Part shown: positions 8,929 through 17,227 of the stretch, piece by piece | How positions within the stretch are numbered: position 1 is the stretch's first letter | Layout of the letters: every line of letters starts with the position of its first letter | Origin: an uncultured Bacteroidia bacterium | Lineage (GTDB): Bacteria > Bacteroidota > Bacteroidia > Bacteroidales > Prolixibacteraceae | Direction: 5' to 3' | DNA: 38,222 nt | Assembly (NCBI GenBank): GCA_903881215.1 | Contig: CAIRSO010000128.1 | Span: 1-38,222 of the forward strand | Program-made: the position numbers and the translations under genes | The notes under the pieces: model-generated | The model's database searches: none | The model's input: the letters and a program-made list of their open reading frames with translations, nothing else | What the model was told of the DNA's origin: nothing

Positions 8929-9156
8929 CTAATCCTTTGGACTGTTTCTCTCTATTTCATTGAGGAGCCGCAAGGTCTCTTCTGCCTCTTCAGCATCGAC
9001 CTTCTGAATGGCGAATCCGGCATGAAGCATCACATAATCGCCGACATGAACGTCGTCCAGCATCAGCAGGCTTGCTTGATATTCAACATCTTCAATGGAA
9101 ACCAGGGCACTTGGTCCGTTTACACTGAGCACTTTTGCAGGTATGGCTAAACACAT
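8929..9156 (-). CDS. hypC: Hydrogenase assembly chaperone HypC
   Basis: N-terminal MCLAIP with the essential Cys2. 75 aa. 10-nt overlap with the hypF stop. Confidence 0.9.
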   Translation of the reverse strand: MCLAIPAKVLSVNGPSALVSIEDVEYQASLLMLDDVHVGDYVMLHAGFAIQKVDAEEAEETLRLLNEIERNSPKD

Positions 9157-11420
9157 TTTAATTCCCTCCTTTTTGCCGCGATGGCCATTTGTCCCAGAGC
9201 AATTCCCCCGTCGTTGGTGGGGATTGAAGCATGGGAGAATACTTCAAAATTATTTTCCCTTAGTTTGGTTTCAGCTCCTTCCAGCAGGATTTTGTTTTGG
9301 AAAACACCTCCGGAAAGCACCACTTTTCGAATGCCTGTGTTATTACTTATTGTTTCGACTGTCTCAAATATAACTGAAATAATGGTCTGATGGAACTTTG
9401 CCGCAATTCTTCCGGGTTCAACCCCATTGTTTACATCGTTGACTATTCCGCGAATGGTATCGTCGAAATTAATTGATTCCCCGAGGCGGAAAGCATACTT
9501 CTCATTGCCAGAAAAATCTGCTTGCGACAAGGCCTCCAGCAGCATCGGTCCCTGGGCGGAGAAGGCTGCCACCTGACAAATTCCCAGGATGGAAGCAACC
9601 GCATCGAACAACCTTCCGGCACTGGAGGTAAGCGGACAGTTAACATTCTGGTCGATCATCCGCACAAGCATCTCTACTTTTTCTTCTTCAACCTGCCTCA
9701 ACGGCGGAAGGTCCATCTTTATAAATTCCCTGCCATACACCTTTTTCAAATAGGAGACGGCCATCCGCCAGGGTTCTTCATTGGCCATATCCCCACCGGG
9801 CAAGGGTACATATTCAAAATGGGAACGGCGGGAAAAATCGCTTAAGTCGCAGACGAAGAATTCTGCACCCCAGATATTTCCGTCGGTACCATATCCTGTA
9901 CCATCAAAAGAGACACCAATAACGGGCTCATCCAAATGGTGTTCTGACATGCAGGAAGCGATATGGGCGTGATGGTGCTGAACGGCCACAACCGGCAGGG
10001 GTGCAAATTGTTCGGCGGTGCGGGTGGAGATATAATCCGGATGCAAATCCACAACCAACAAGGTAGGTTCAATGCGAAACAAGCGGATAAATTGCGCGAT
10101 GGTCTGCTCATAAAAGGTGGTCGTTTCCAGCCCCTTCAAATCGCCAATGTGCTGGCTCAAAAAGGCCTTTTCTCCCTTTCCGACACAGAAACAATTGGTC
10201 AGTTCGGCACCGAAAGCCACTATCCCTTCAACATTCAGCTTCAAATTTACGGGAGTGGGCACATAGCCTCGTGAGCGACGGAAGACCCTCTCCTTTTCGT
10301 GCATAATCCTGACAACAGAGTCGTCAGTTCTATTGTAAATGTCACGATTGTGCAAAACGATGGCATCGGTGCAGGATGAAAACTGCTCCAGCGTCTCTTC
10401 GTTTCCGATCAGAATCGGTTCGCTGCTGAAATTTCCGCTGGTCAGGACGATGGCATCCGTATTCAACCTTTCAAAAAGCTGGTAGTGGAAAGGCAAATAA
10501 GGCAGCATGACTCCCAATAGGTTCAATCCGGAATTGATCTGTTCCGACATTTTTCCTTTGGTTTGAAGCAGCACAATCGGCCTGCGCCACGAACAGAGTG
10601 ACTGCTCCTCCACCTCACTCACAACTGCATATTTTTTTACAGAGTCCAGATCGCGGAATAATACTGCAAATGGTTTGGCTTCGCGGTGCTTCAGCTTTCT
10701 TAATTTTTGGAGTGCCGTTTCGTTGAATGCATCACAGGCCAGGTGCATCCCGCCCAATCCTTTGATGGCAACAACCCCACCTTCGTGCAACAAATGAGCC
10801 AGCTGATCCAGGATAAAAGTAGTATCCGTGCCAACGCTTTTCCCGTTAACAAACAATTCATAGTGTGGACCGCAGACGTTGCAGGCAACAGGTTGTGCAT
10901 GAAATCTGCGGTCGGTAATCTCTTCGTACTCTCTGTTGCAATCAGGACACATTTGAAATGGTGCCATCGTGGTTTTGGCACGATCATAAGGCAGGTCGCG
11001 GATGATGGTGAAACGCGGTCCGCAGTTGGTGCAATTCACAAAGGGATAATCCAGCCGGTTTCCTGGCTTTCGAATATCCTCCATGCATTCTTCGCAGACA
11101 GCGATATCCGGACAAATTTCGGTGATCTCTTCAGAAACATTATGACTTCCCAGGATCCGGAAGTCCGGAAATTCTTCCAAAGCTATTTCCTTTGACTGCA
11201 CCTCTTCGATGATGGCAGCTGCAGGAGCTTCGACCCTTAGCGCATGTTGAAAAACTGCAATCTGCTCAAGCTTTCCGGTAACCCGGATGACCACACTTTC
11301 GTTGGTGTTTTGCACCCAGCCATTGAGGGCAAATTTCTGTGTCTGCCGATAGACAAAGGGTCGAAATCCGACTCCCTGAACCAAGCCTCTTACGGTGATT
11401 TGAATCGTGTGGTTGTTCAA
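9147..11420 (-). CDS. hypF: Carbamoyltransferase HypF
   Basis: Acylphosphatase-like N-terminus (VRGLVQGVGFRPFVY). Two CxxC...CxxCGPR zinc fingers (CEEC..CTNCGPRF; CPDC..CNVCGP). YrdC-like and Kae1-like regions. 757 aa. Confidence 0.95.
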   Translation of the reverse strand: MNNHTIQITVRGLVQGVGFRPFVYRQTQKFALNGWVQNTNESVVIRVTGKLEQIAVFQHALRVEAPAAAIIEEVQSKEIALEEFPDFRILGSHNVSEEITEICPDIAVCEECMEDIRKPGNRLDYPFVNCTNCGPRFTIIRDLPYDRAKTTMAPFQMCPDCNREYEEITDRRFHAQPVACNVCGPHYELFVNGKSVGTDTTFILDQLAHLLHEGGVVAIKGLGGMHLACDAFNETALQKLRKLKHREAKPFAVLFRDLDSVKKYAVVSEVEEQSLCSWRRPIVLLQTKGKMSEQINSGLNLLGVMLPYLPFHYQLFERLNTDAIVLTSGNFSSEPILIGNEETLEQFSSCTDAIVLHNRDIYNRTDDSVVRIMHEKERVFRRSRGYVPTPVNLKLNVEGIVAFGAELTNCFCVGKGEKAFLSQHIGDLKGLETTTFYEQTIAQFIRLFRIEPTLLVVDLHPDYISTRTAEQFAPLPVVAVQHHHAHIASCMSEHHLDEPVIGVSFDGTGYGTDGNIWGAEFFVCDLSDFSRRSHFEYVPLPGGDMANEEPWRMAVSYLKKVYGREFIKMDLPPLRQVEEEKVEMLVRMIDQNVNCPLTSSAGRLFDAVASILGICQVAAFSAQGPMLLEALSQADFSGNEKYAFRLGESINFDDTIRGIVNDVNNGVEPGRIAAKFHQTIISVIFETVETISNNTGIRKVVLSGGVFQNKILLEGAETKLRENNFEVFSHASIPTNDGGIALGQMAIAAKRRELKCV

Positions 11421-11490
11421 CAGGTTTGTTCTTTGAATTTATGTAAAGATATAGATATTTATACCTACATTAGCTAGCAAATTACACTCC

Positions 11491-12207
11491 ATGCTAACCT
11501 TTCTCATCGGATTTATTGCCAGTATTGCCCATGTTGTGACAGGACCCGACCATTTGGCGGCAGTGACGCCATTGGCCATCGACAGCCGGAAAAAATCCTG
11601 GATGATTGGATTGGGTTGGGGTATCGGGCACACCTCCGGAATGCTGCTGATCGGGTTGTTGTTTGTCTTGTTTAAACAAGTTCTGCCCATTGAAGCCTTG
11701 TCCAAACACAGTGAGTTCATCATCGGCTTTTTGCTGATCGGAATTGGTACCTGGGCCCTTTTCAGGATGTACCGCAGGCATGTTCATGGCAACAAACCTC
11801 ACACCCATTTTCATGAGGAACCGCACCTTTACGCCCATGTTCACCACCACACCCACCAGATCAGCCCTTCGCACGAACATGTACATGAGCATGTACATAG
11901 CGGCACCGTCAGGAAAAATGCCTTAACTGCTCTTGCTGTTGGAGTGGTACATGGCTTTGCGGGTTTCAGTCACCTGTTTGCGTTACTGCCCTCACTGGCT
12001 TTGCCGACAGTCATGGATTCGATCATCTATGTCACGGGCTTTGCCATTGGAACCCTATCAACCATGGTTCTCTTCGCTTTTATTCTGGGCATTGTGGCTT
12101 TCCAGTCGGCCGTCAAAAACAAACTTATTTTCCTAAAATGGTTCACTATCGGCGGAGGTGTTTTGGCTATCCTGATCGGGATTTACTGGATCTGGAGTGG
12201 GGTCTAG
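11491..12207 (+). CDS. Putative nickel transporter, HupE/UreJ-like, with a His-rich cytoplasmic loop
   Basis: About 6 TM segments. N-terminal HVVTGPDH fits the HupE/UreJ HPxxGxDH signature pattern. The loop HVHGNKPHTHFHEEPHLYAHVHHHTHQISPSHEHVHEHVH is encoded at nt 11779-11898. The gene is divergent from the hyp operon. Confidence 0.6.
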   Translation: MLTFLIGFIASIAHVVTGPDHLAAVTPLAIDSRKKSWMIGLGWGIGHTSGMLLIGLLFVLFKQVLPIEALSKHSEFIIGFLLIGIGTWALFRMYRRHVHGNKPHTHFHEEPHLYAHVHHHTHQISPSHEHVHEHVHSGTVRKNALTALAVGVVHGFAGFSHLFALLPSLALPTVMDSIIYVTGFAIGTLSTMVLFAFILGIVAFQSAVKNKLIFLKWFTIGGGVLAILIGIYWIWSGV

Positions 12208-12221
12208 TATAAAAATCCCTC

Positions 12222-15200
12222 TTACGATGCCATCAATATCCGTTTCAACGTATCCTGCATAGCTGATTTGAATGCATCGTCCTTGGCGACCAGCCGGTAC
12301 AAATCGAGTTCGCTTTTGCGTTGTTTGGCCATCACTTCATCAAATATCTTTTTGAAGGCAATTTCGCGGTTCTGGCTATCCGCATTATCCGCGTATTTCT
12401 CCTTAAAATCCGGATGCGTCCTCATGCTTTGTGCCAGGTGAACGAACTTGACCCGCTGTTCTTCCGGAGTTGCTTCCCAGCCCTGGAACCAACGTTCATT
12501 AAAAGACCGGATGATTAAATCGAGGGGATCTTCAATAAGCTCACCTCCATGTGAACTACGGGGATTCGGATTTTGTGGTTCAAGTTCGGTTTCCGAAGCA
12601 TCCAGACCAATATTTGCACTTAACTTTACCCGCTCCAGTCCGTAGGTGGAAAGATCTACTGAATTCAACAATTCATCCAGGGCATCCTTCGTTGGGTCAA
12701 CGATAAGTAGTTTAGGAATCAGGAATTTCAAGAACCAGAAGAGTTTTTCCCATTTGACCACCTCATAAGGCAGGATGGAAGCCATCTGTCCGTAAATCTT
12801 CACGAATTGCTTCGCTTTGATTTTGAAGTCGGCTTTGGCATTGTCATCCAGTTCCAAACCGGAATTAAACCGGTCGGCAGCAAAGTCAATGATCGGGCTC
12901 AACTCCTGTGCATTCACACCCTTGAAATATTTCTCCACAAAATCCTCCACCTCCAACCATTCATACACACCAACATCGTCAAGGTTTGCTTTCAGTTCGT
13001 GCAAAACATTGACATCGGTTGCCCGGCTTAAGCTTGTTGCGGTATAGAAGGGATCAAACGATTCTTTGATATCATCGACCGAATTAAAGAAATCGAGCAC
13101 AAACAGATCTTCCGTCTTCTTGCCCAGTTTGTCTGCTGAGCGGTTTAGCCGAGATAAGGCCTGAACTGCCATGACATACTGAAGCTTCTTGTCCACATAC
13201 ATGGCGGTCAATTTGGGCTGATCGAAACCGGTCAGATACTTATTAGCAACCACCAACATCCTGTAATCATCGGTATCAAATTGATCCCTGGTATCTTTCT
13301 CTCCAAAACCATTGATGCTCTCTTCTGAGTATTCAATTCCATCCACCGTTTTCTTGCCTGAAAATGCGATCAGGACTTTAAATGGATCTCCTTTTGCCTT
13401 CAACAAATTGTGAATGGCAAAATAATAGCGGATGGCCGCTTCAATACTTTGAGTAGCTACCATTGCTTTGGCCTGTCCTTTCAGCTTCTTGGTGTTGACT
13501 ATCCGTGAGATAAAATGATCGAGCATGATCTCCGCTTTTGTAGCAATGGTCTGCTCGTGCCGCTCTACATAGGCTCTCAGCTTTTTTTGCGCCTTGATAG
13601 TGTCGAACAAAGGATTATCCTCTATTGACTTTTCGATCTCGTAATAACTCCTATAAGTAGTGTAATTGGCCAATACATCCAAGATAAACCCCTCTTCGAT
13701 GGCTTGTTTCATGGAGTAGAGATGAAACGGCTTGTATTTCCCGTCCTCCTGACATACGCCGAATTTTTCCAGCGTATTGTTTTTGGGGGTGGCAGTAAAT
13801 GCCAGGTAGGAGGCGTTGTTTCTCATTTTGCGCGAACGCATGGCTTCCAATATCTTGTCCTGTGGATCCGGATCCTCTTCTTCATTCCCGCTGTTTCCCA
13901 TGGCACGATTTAGATTGTCTGCTGCCGATCCGCTCTGACTGCTGTGGGCTTCGTCGATAATCACTGCGAATCGTTTGTCGCTCAGATCGGCAATTCCATC
14001 CACGATGAAAGGAAATTTCTGAATGGTGGTGATATTGATCTTTTTCCCACTCTCCAGATTCTCTTTCAGTTCTTTGGAGGAATAGGCCGCCGCAACAATA
14101 TTTTTGACTTCCGAGAAATCGCGGATGTTCTCACGTAACTGCTTATCCAACAATCGCCGGTCTGTTACCACAATCACAGAATCGAACAAAGGATTTGAAA
14201 TGCCCTTGTTCCCTGGTACCGCATCATTTTCCGGATAGGTTTCTATCAGTTGAAAAGCAGCCCAGGTTATAGAATTGGATTTGCCTGATCCGGCGGAATG
14301 CTGAATCAGGTAGGTTTGTCCGACCCCTTTGTGCGAGGCATCCGCAATGAGTTTGCGTACCACATCCATCTGGTGATATCGTGGAAAATAGAGGGTCTTC
14401 TTACTGAGCGAATCGGAATCTTTCCCGTCAAAACGGACAAAGTGCTGGATGATATTGGCCAAGCTCTGGCGGGTGAGCACTTCATCCCACAGATATGCTG
14501 TTTTATGCCCGAACGGGTTGGGTGGATTTCCCTTTCCGAAGTTATGGCCCAGATTGAAGGGCAAAAAGAAAGTTCCGGCACCATTCAATTTGGTGGTCAT
14601 GTACACTTCATCGGTATCTACTGCGAAATGGACGAGGCAACGGCCGAAATTCAACAGCGGCTGGGTGGTGTCTCTCTTGTATTTGTATTGATTTTGTCCG
14701 TGTACTTTGGCATTTTGTCCGGTCCAGTGATTTTTTAGTTCGAGCGTTGAGAAGGGCAAACCGTTCACAAACAAAACCATGTCGATCTCCTCTCCAGGGT
14801 TGTCCAGCGAATAGCGCAGCTGGCGGGTCACGCTGAACCGGTTGTTTTCGAAATTGGCTTTTACTGCATCGCTGCTGCTTGCCAACGGCAATACATAAAA
14901 CAAGGTGAAGCTTGCATCATCCACCTCCAGACCTTTGCGCAACAAACGGATGATGCCATACTTTTTGATCATCCGATCGAGCCGGTCCAGAATCTTCAGC
15001 TTCCAGTCGCTTTGCTTTTGCAGTTTGGCTAGTTCTTCTTTCTGGGTAGTTTCCAGGAAGCTCCAGAATAGCTTCTCATCGATGGCATATTTGGCATTGA
15101 AGTCGAAGGGTGATCCCATGAAATAACCTTTGCCGGTCCGGTACAATTCTGCCCTTTCAGTACCTGAGTCGACAGTTAGACCAAGCTCCCTCAGTTCCTC

Positions 15201-15269
15201 GAGGCATGAGCCGGTCAGGCGTTTTTCGATGGCCGATTCAAGGGCTTGTTCGTTGGTTAGGCTTGTCAT
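12222..15269 (-). CDS. hsdR: Type I restriction enzyme R subunit
   Basis: 1015 aa. Walker A QHSAGSGKS and DEAH box IIDEAHSS. N-terminal nuclease-like region. Typical type I HsdR C-terminal helical region. Co-oriented with hsdM and hsdS. Confidence 0.95.
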   Translation of the reverse strand: MTSLTNEQALESAIEKRLTGSCLEELRELGLTVDSGTERAELYRTGKGYFMGSPFDFNAKYAIDEKLFWSFLETTQKEELAKLQKQSDWKLKILDRLDRMIKKYGIIRLLRKGLEVDDASFTLFYVLPLASSSDAVKANFENNRFSVTRQLRYSLDNPGEEIDMVLFVNGLPFSTLELKNHWTGQNAKVHGQNQYKYKRDTTQPLLNFGRCLVHFAVDTDEVYMTTKLNGAGTFFLPFNLGHNFGKGNPPNPFGHKTAYLWDEVLTRQSLANIIQHFVRFDGKDSDSLSKKTLYFPRYHQMDVVRKLIADASHKGVGQTYLIQHSAGSGKSNSITWAAFQLIETYPENDAVPGNKGISNPLFDSVIVVTDRRLLDKQLRENIRDFSEVKNIVAAAYSSKELKENLESGKKINITTIQKFPFIVDGIADLSDKRFAVIIDEAHSSQSGSAADNLNRAMGNSGNEEEDPDPQDKILEAMRSRKMRNNASYLAFTATPKNNTLEKFGVCQEDGKYKPFHLYSMKQAIEEGFILDVLANYTTYRSYYEIEKSIEDNPLFDTIKAQKKLRAYVERHEQTIATKAEIMLDHFISRIVNTKKLKGQAKAMVATQSIEAAIRYYFAIHNLLKAKGDPFKVLIAFSGKKTVDGIEYSEESINGFGEKDTRDQFDTDDYRMLVVANKYLTGFDQPKLTAMYVDKKLQYVMAVQALSRLNRSADKLGKKTEDLFVLDFFNSVDDIKESFDPFYTATSLSRATDVNVLHELKANLDDVGVYEWLEVEDFVEKYFKGVNAQELSPIIDFAADRFNSGLELDDNAKADFKIKAKQFVKIYGQMASILPYEVVKWEKLFWFLKFLIPKLLIVDPTKDALDELLNSVDLSTYGLERVKLSANIGLDASETELEPQNPNPRSSHGGELIEDPLDLIIRSFNERWFQGWEATPEEQRVKFVHLAQSMRTHPDFKEKYADNADSQNREIAFKKIFDEVMAKQRKSELDLYRLVAKDDAFKSAMQDTLKRILMAS

Positions 15270-17110
15270 CTTCGCAATTTATTTTCCAGTTGTTTTTTTA
15301 AGGCTATTCCTTTGGCAGTTAGTCGGTATTTCTGATTTGGATGATTTGGTTTATCAGGATGCGTCAAAGCAATATACCCCAAATCGAGCGACGGCAAAAT
15401 GTATTGCTTTCTGAAAAAATCATCATGTTTAAGATCGAGTTTTTGCATAATTTCTGACCGTTTCATCTCGCCCTCCAATGCAACTAACACCCGCTGGATC
15501 TCCTCCTTGATCAATTGGGTAACTTCCCCAGTAGCTTCCCCACTAGCTTCCCCACTAACAGGTTCAGAAATTTCTTCGGGCAAACGTTTTACGGCGGCCA
15601 ACAGGGGCAACATTAACTGCTCTTTCAGTGCGATTCCTTTGGTTGTTAAACGGTATTTTTGGTGCTTGCTTTTCGATTTGCCGGCCAGTACCATCTCTAT
15701 TAAATACTCTGACAATGAGGGGTCAAGATAATTTTTTACAAAGTGGGATCTGTTTTTTAGTTCAAGAATTTCCATAAGCTGGATCCTGCTCATTTCATCT
15801 TGAATTATCATCACCAGTCGATGCGGAAGTTCTGCAATTGCTGCATAAGTTCCGGTTTTATCATGTACGGTATCATGTATGGTATCATGTACGGTACCTG
15901 CCGAAGGTCTCTGAACAGTCAATTTAAATCCTTCCTCCAAGGAAATGGAAAGTGGCTCTAAACCTCTTTCTTTCAATAGTTTGTACATTTCTACAGTACC
16001 CGTGCCGTATCTTTCAATATCTCCTGTCAAAAACAGACAACCTGCAAGCAATGGATTGTGCGGATAAGAACTATGGGGATCTTTTAAATCACTAATATCC
16101 AATTCCGGCGGTAAACTGCCCGGATTGCATATTTCAATCCGGTCTTTAAAAACAGCAACCTGAATACTGCCTTTGCTGTTGTAATCGCGGTGAGCAACGG
16201 CATTGATAATGGCCTCAGCGATAACAGCCCTGGGAATTTCATAAATGGTCTCCACTTGGTTGCTGTGTTCTCTCGTACCCGTTGATAAGCTTAATTTGGA
16301 GAGGATAAAATTAACGGCTTCATCTGCCACTTCGAAGGCCGTACCTCCATATTCTTTGAAGTCTGGTATGGGCTTTTGAACCTGTAACCCATGAAAATGA
16401 GCACATTTGATGGTTGAAGATGGAAAGTACAACTGAGGATCGGGGGCAAAAGCCAACAGCGCACTGTTTACAAGTTTGCCTTCCCGGGTCATTTTCAAAT
16501 GTTTCAATACCCGTTCGACCGAAGCGGTCTCTTTAAGCGGGAAGTTGCGTTTTTTTCGGGCAATGGCTATAAACTCCCTGATTTTACTCTCATCCAGCGA
16601 GTTGAAACTTGCATTAGGATGCAAACTCTCGTCAAAATCGCTGCTCTCTATTTTGCCCGTTTGCTTTAAAAACAGTACACAAGAACCGTAAACTTCCTGT
16701 TTGAGGGTTTCAATATCGGTAAATTTCTTGCGAGAAACATCCTGCTCAATTTTCCGGATGAAGGCCATTTCTTTTAGTTGGCGTTCAATCCCGTTCAGAT
16801 TTTTAATGAAAATCCATCGGGGCAAATGCTCACTTTTGGCTTGATCGTATTCTCTTTCGGTAGGAGAAATACCTTCCGAATCTTCGTACCCGTACGTTTC
16901 ACCAATCAGGCCAATATAGATATCTGATTCTGCGACCTCACTGAGGTACACTTTCCCGGGCGAATGTGTCGTGGCCGGAACCTCTTCAAACAAAAAGGGC
17001 TCAAAGAAAGTGCCCAACAAAGGATCATGCCTCAGGTAATGGGCTAATTCTTTCCGTTCCAGGGCAAATTCGCTTTGGACACTCGATATGAAAACTTTGA
17101 ACCTTTTCAC
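15266..17110 (-). CDS. Uncharacterised R-M-embedded protein: DUF4062-like N-terminus + HATPase_c_4 (RecG-C-terminal-like) core + two tandem winged-helix repeats
   Basis: N-terminus KVFISSVQSEFALERKEL...SDIYIGLIGETYGY...SPTEREYDQA resembles DUF4062. The core AIAEAIINAVAHRDY...DRIEICNPGSLP...NPLLAG...ERYGTGT resembles the HATPase_c_4 module of AlbA_2/RecG-like regulators. Two roughly 90-aa repeats each end in QKYRLT(T/A)KGIALK. The stop overlaps the hsdR ATG (ATGA at 15266-15269). Confidence 0.6.
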   Translation of the reverse strand: MKRFKVFISSVQSEFALERKELAHYLRHDPLLGTFFEPFLFEEVPATTHSPGKVYLSEVAESDIYIGLIGETYGYEDSEGISPTEREYDQAKSEHLPRWIFIKNLNGIERQLKEMAFIRKIEQDVSRKKFTDIETLKQEVYGSCVLFLKQTGKIESSDFDESLHPNASFNSLDESKIREFIAIARKKRNFPLKETASVERVLKHLKMTREGKLVNSALLAFAPDPQLYFPSSTIKCAHFHGLQVQKPIPDFKEYGGTAFEVADEAVNFILSKLSLSTGTREHSNQVETIYEIPRAVIAEAIINAVAHRDYNSKGSIQVAVFKDRIEICNPGSLPPELDISDLKDPHSSYPHNPLLAGCLFLTGDIERYGTGTVEMYKLLKERGLEPLSISLEEGFKLTVQRPSAGTVHDTIHDTVHDKTGTYAAIAELPHRLVMIIQDEMSRIQLMEILELKNRSHFVKNYLDPSLSEYLIEMVLAGKSKSKHQKYRLTTKGIALKEQLMLPLLAAVKRLPEEISEPVSGEASGEATGEVTQLIKEEIQRVLVALEGEMKRSEIMQKLDLKHDDFFRKQYILPSLDLGYIALTHPDKPNHPNQKYRLTAKGIALKKQLENKLRR

Positions 17111-17204
17111 AATCCGGATGGTTTATGTTTTAAAGATAGCAATTTTTTTGTATCTTCTTTTCAATCAATTCATTTCGACCAATTCATCGTGATCAAACAA
17201 CAGT

Positions 17205-17227
17205 GACAAGGCATGCCTTGTCTCTAC
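17205..17227. repeat. Palindromic repeat GACAAGGCATGCCTTGTC(TCTAC) abutting the hsdS stop
   Basis: 18-bp perfect palindrome at 17205-17222. Same family as the two copies at 19974-20031. Overlaps the hsdS TAG stop (17224-17226). Confidence 0.85.

Noticed and set aside
11421-11490. Possible NikR/Fur-type operator (ATGTA…TACAT symmetry) in the hypF/transporter divergent region
   Set aside because: Only the outer 5 bp are symmetric. The interior does not pair and does not match the GTATGA-N16-TCATAC NikR pattern, which is too weak to call.
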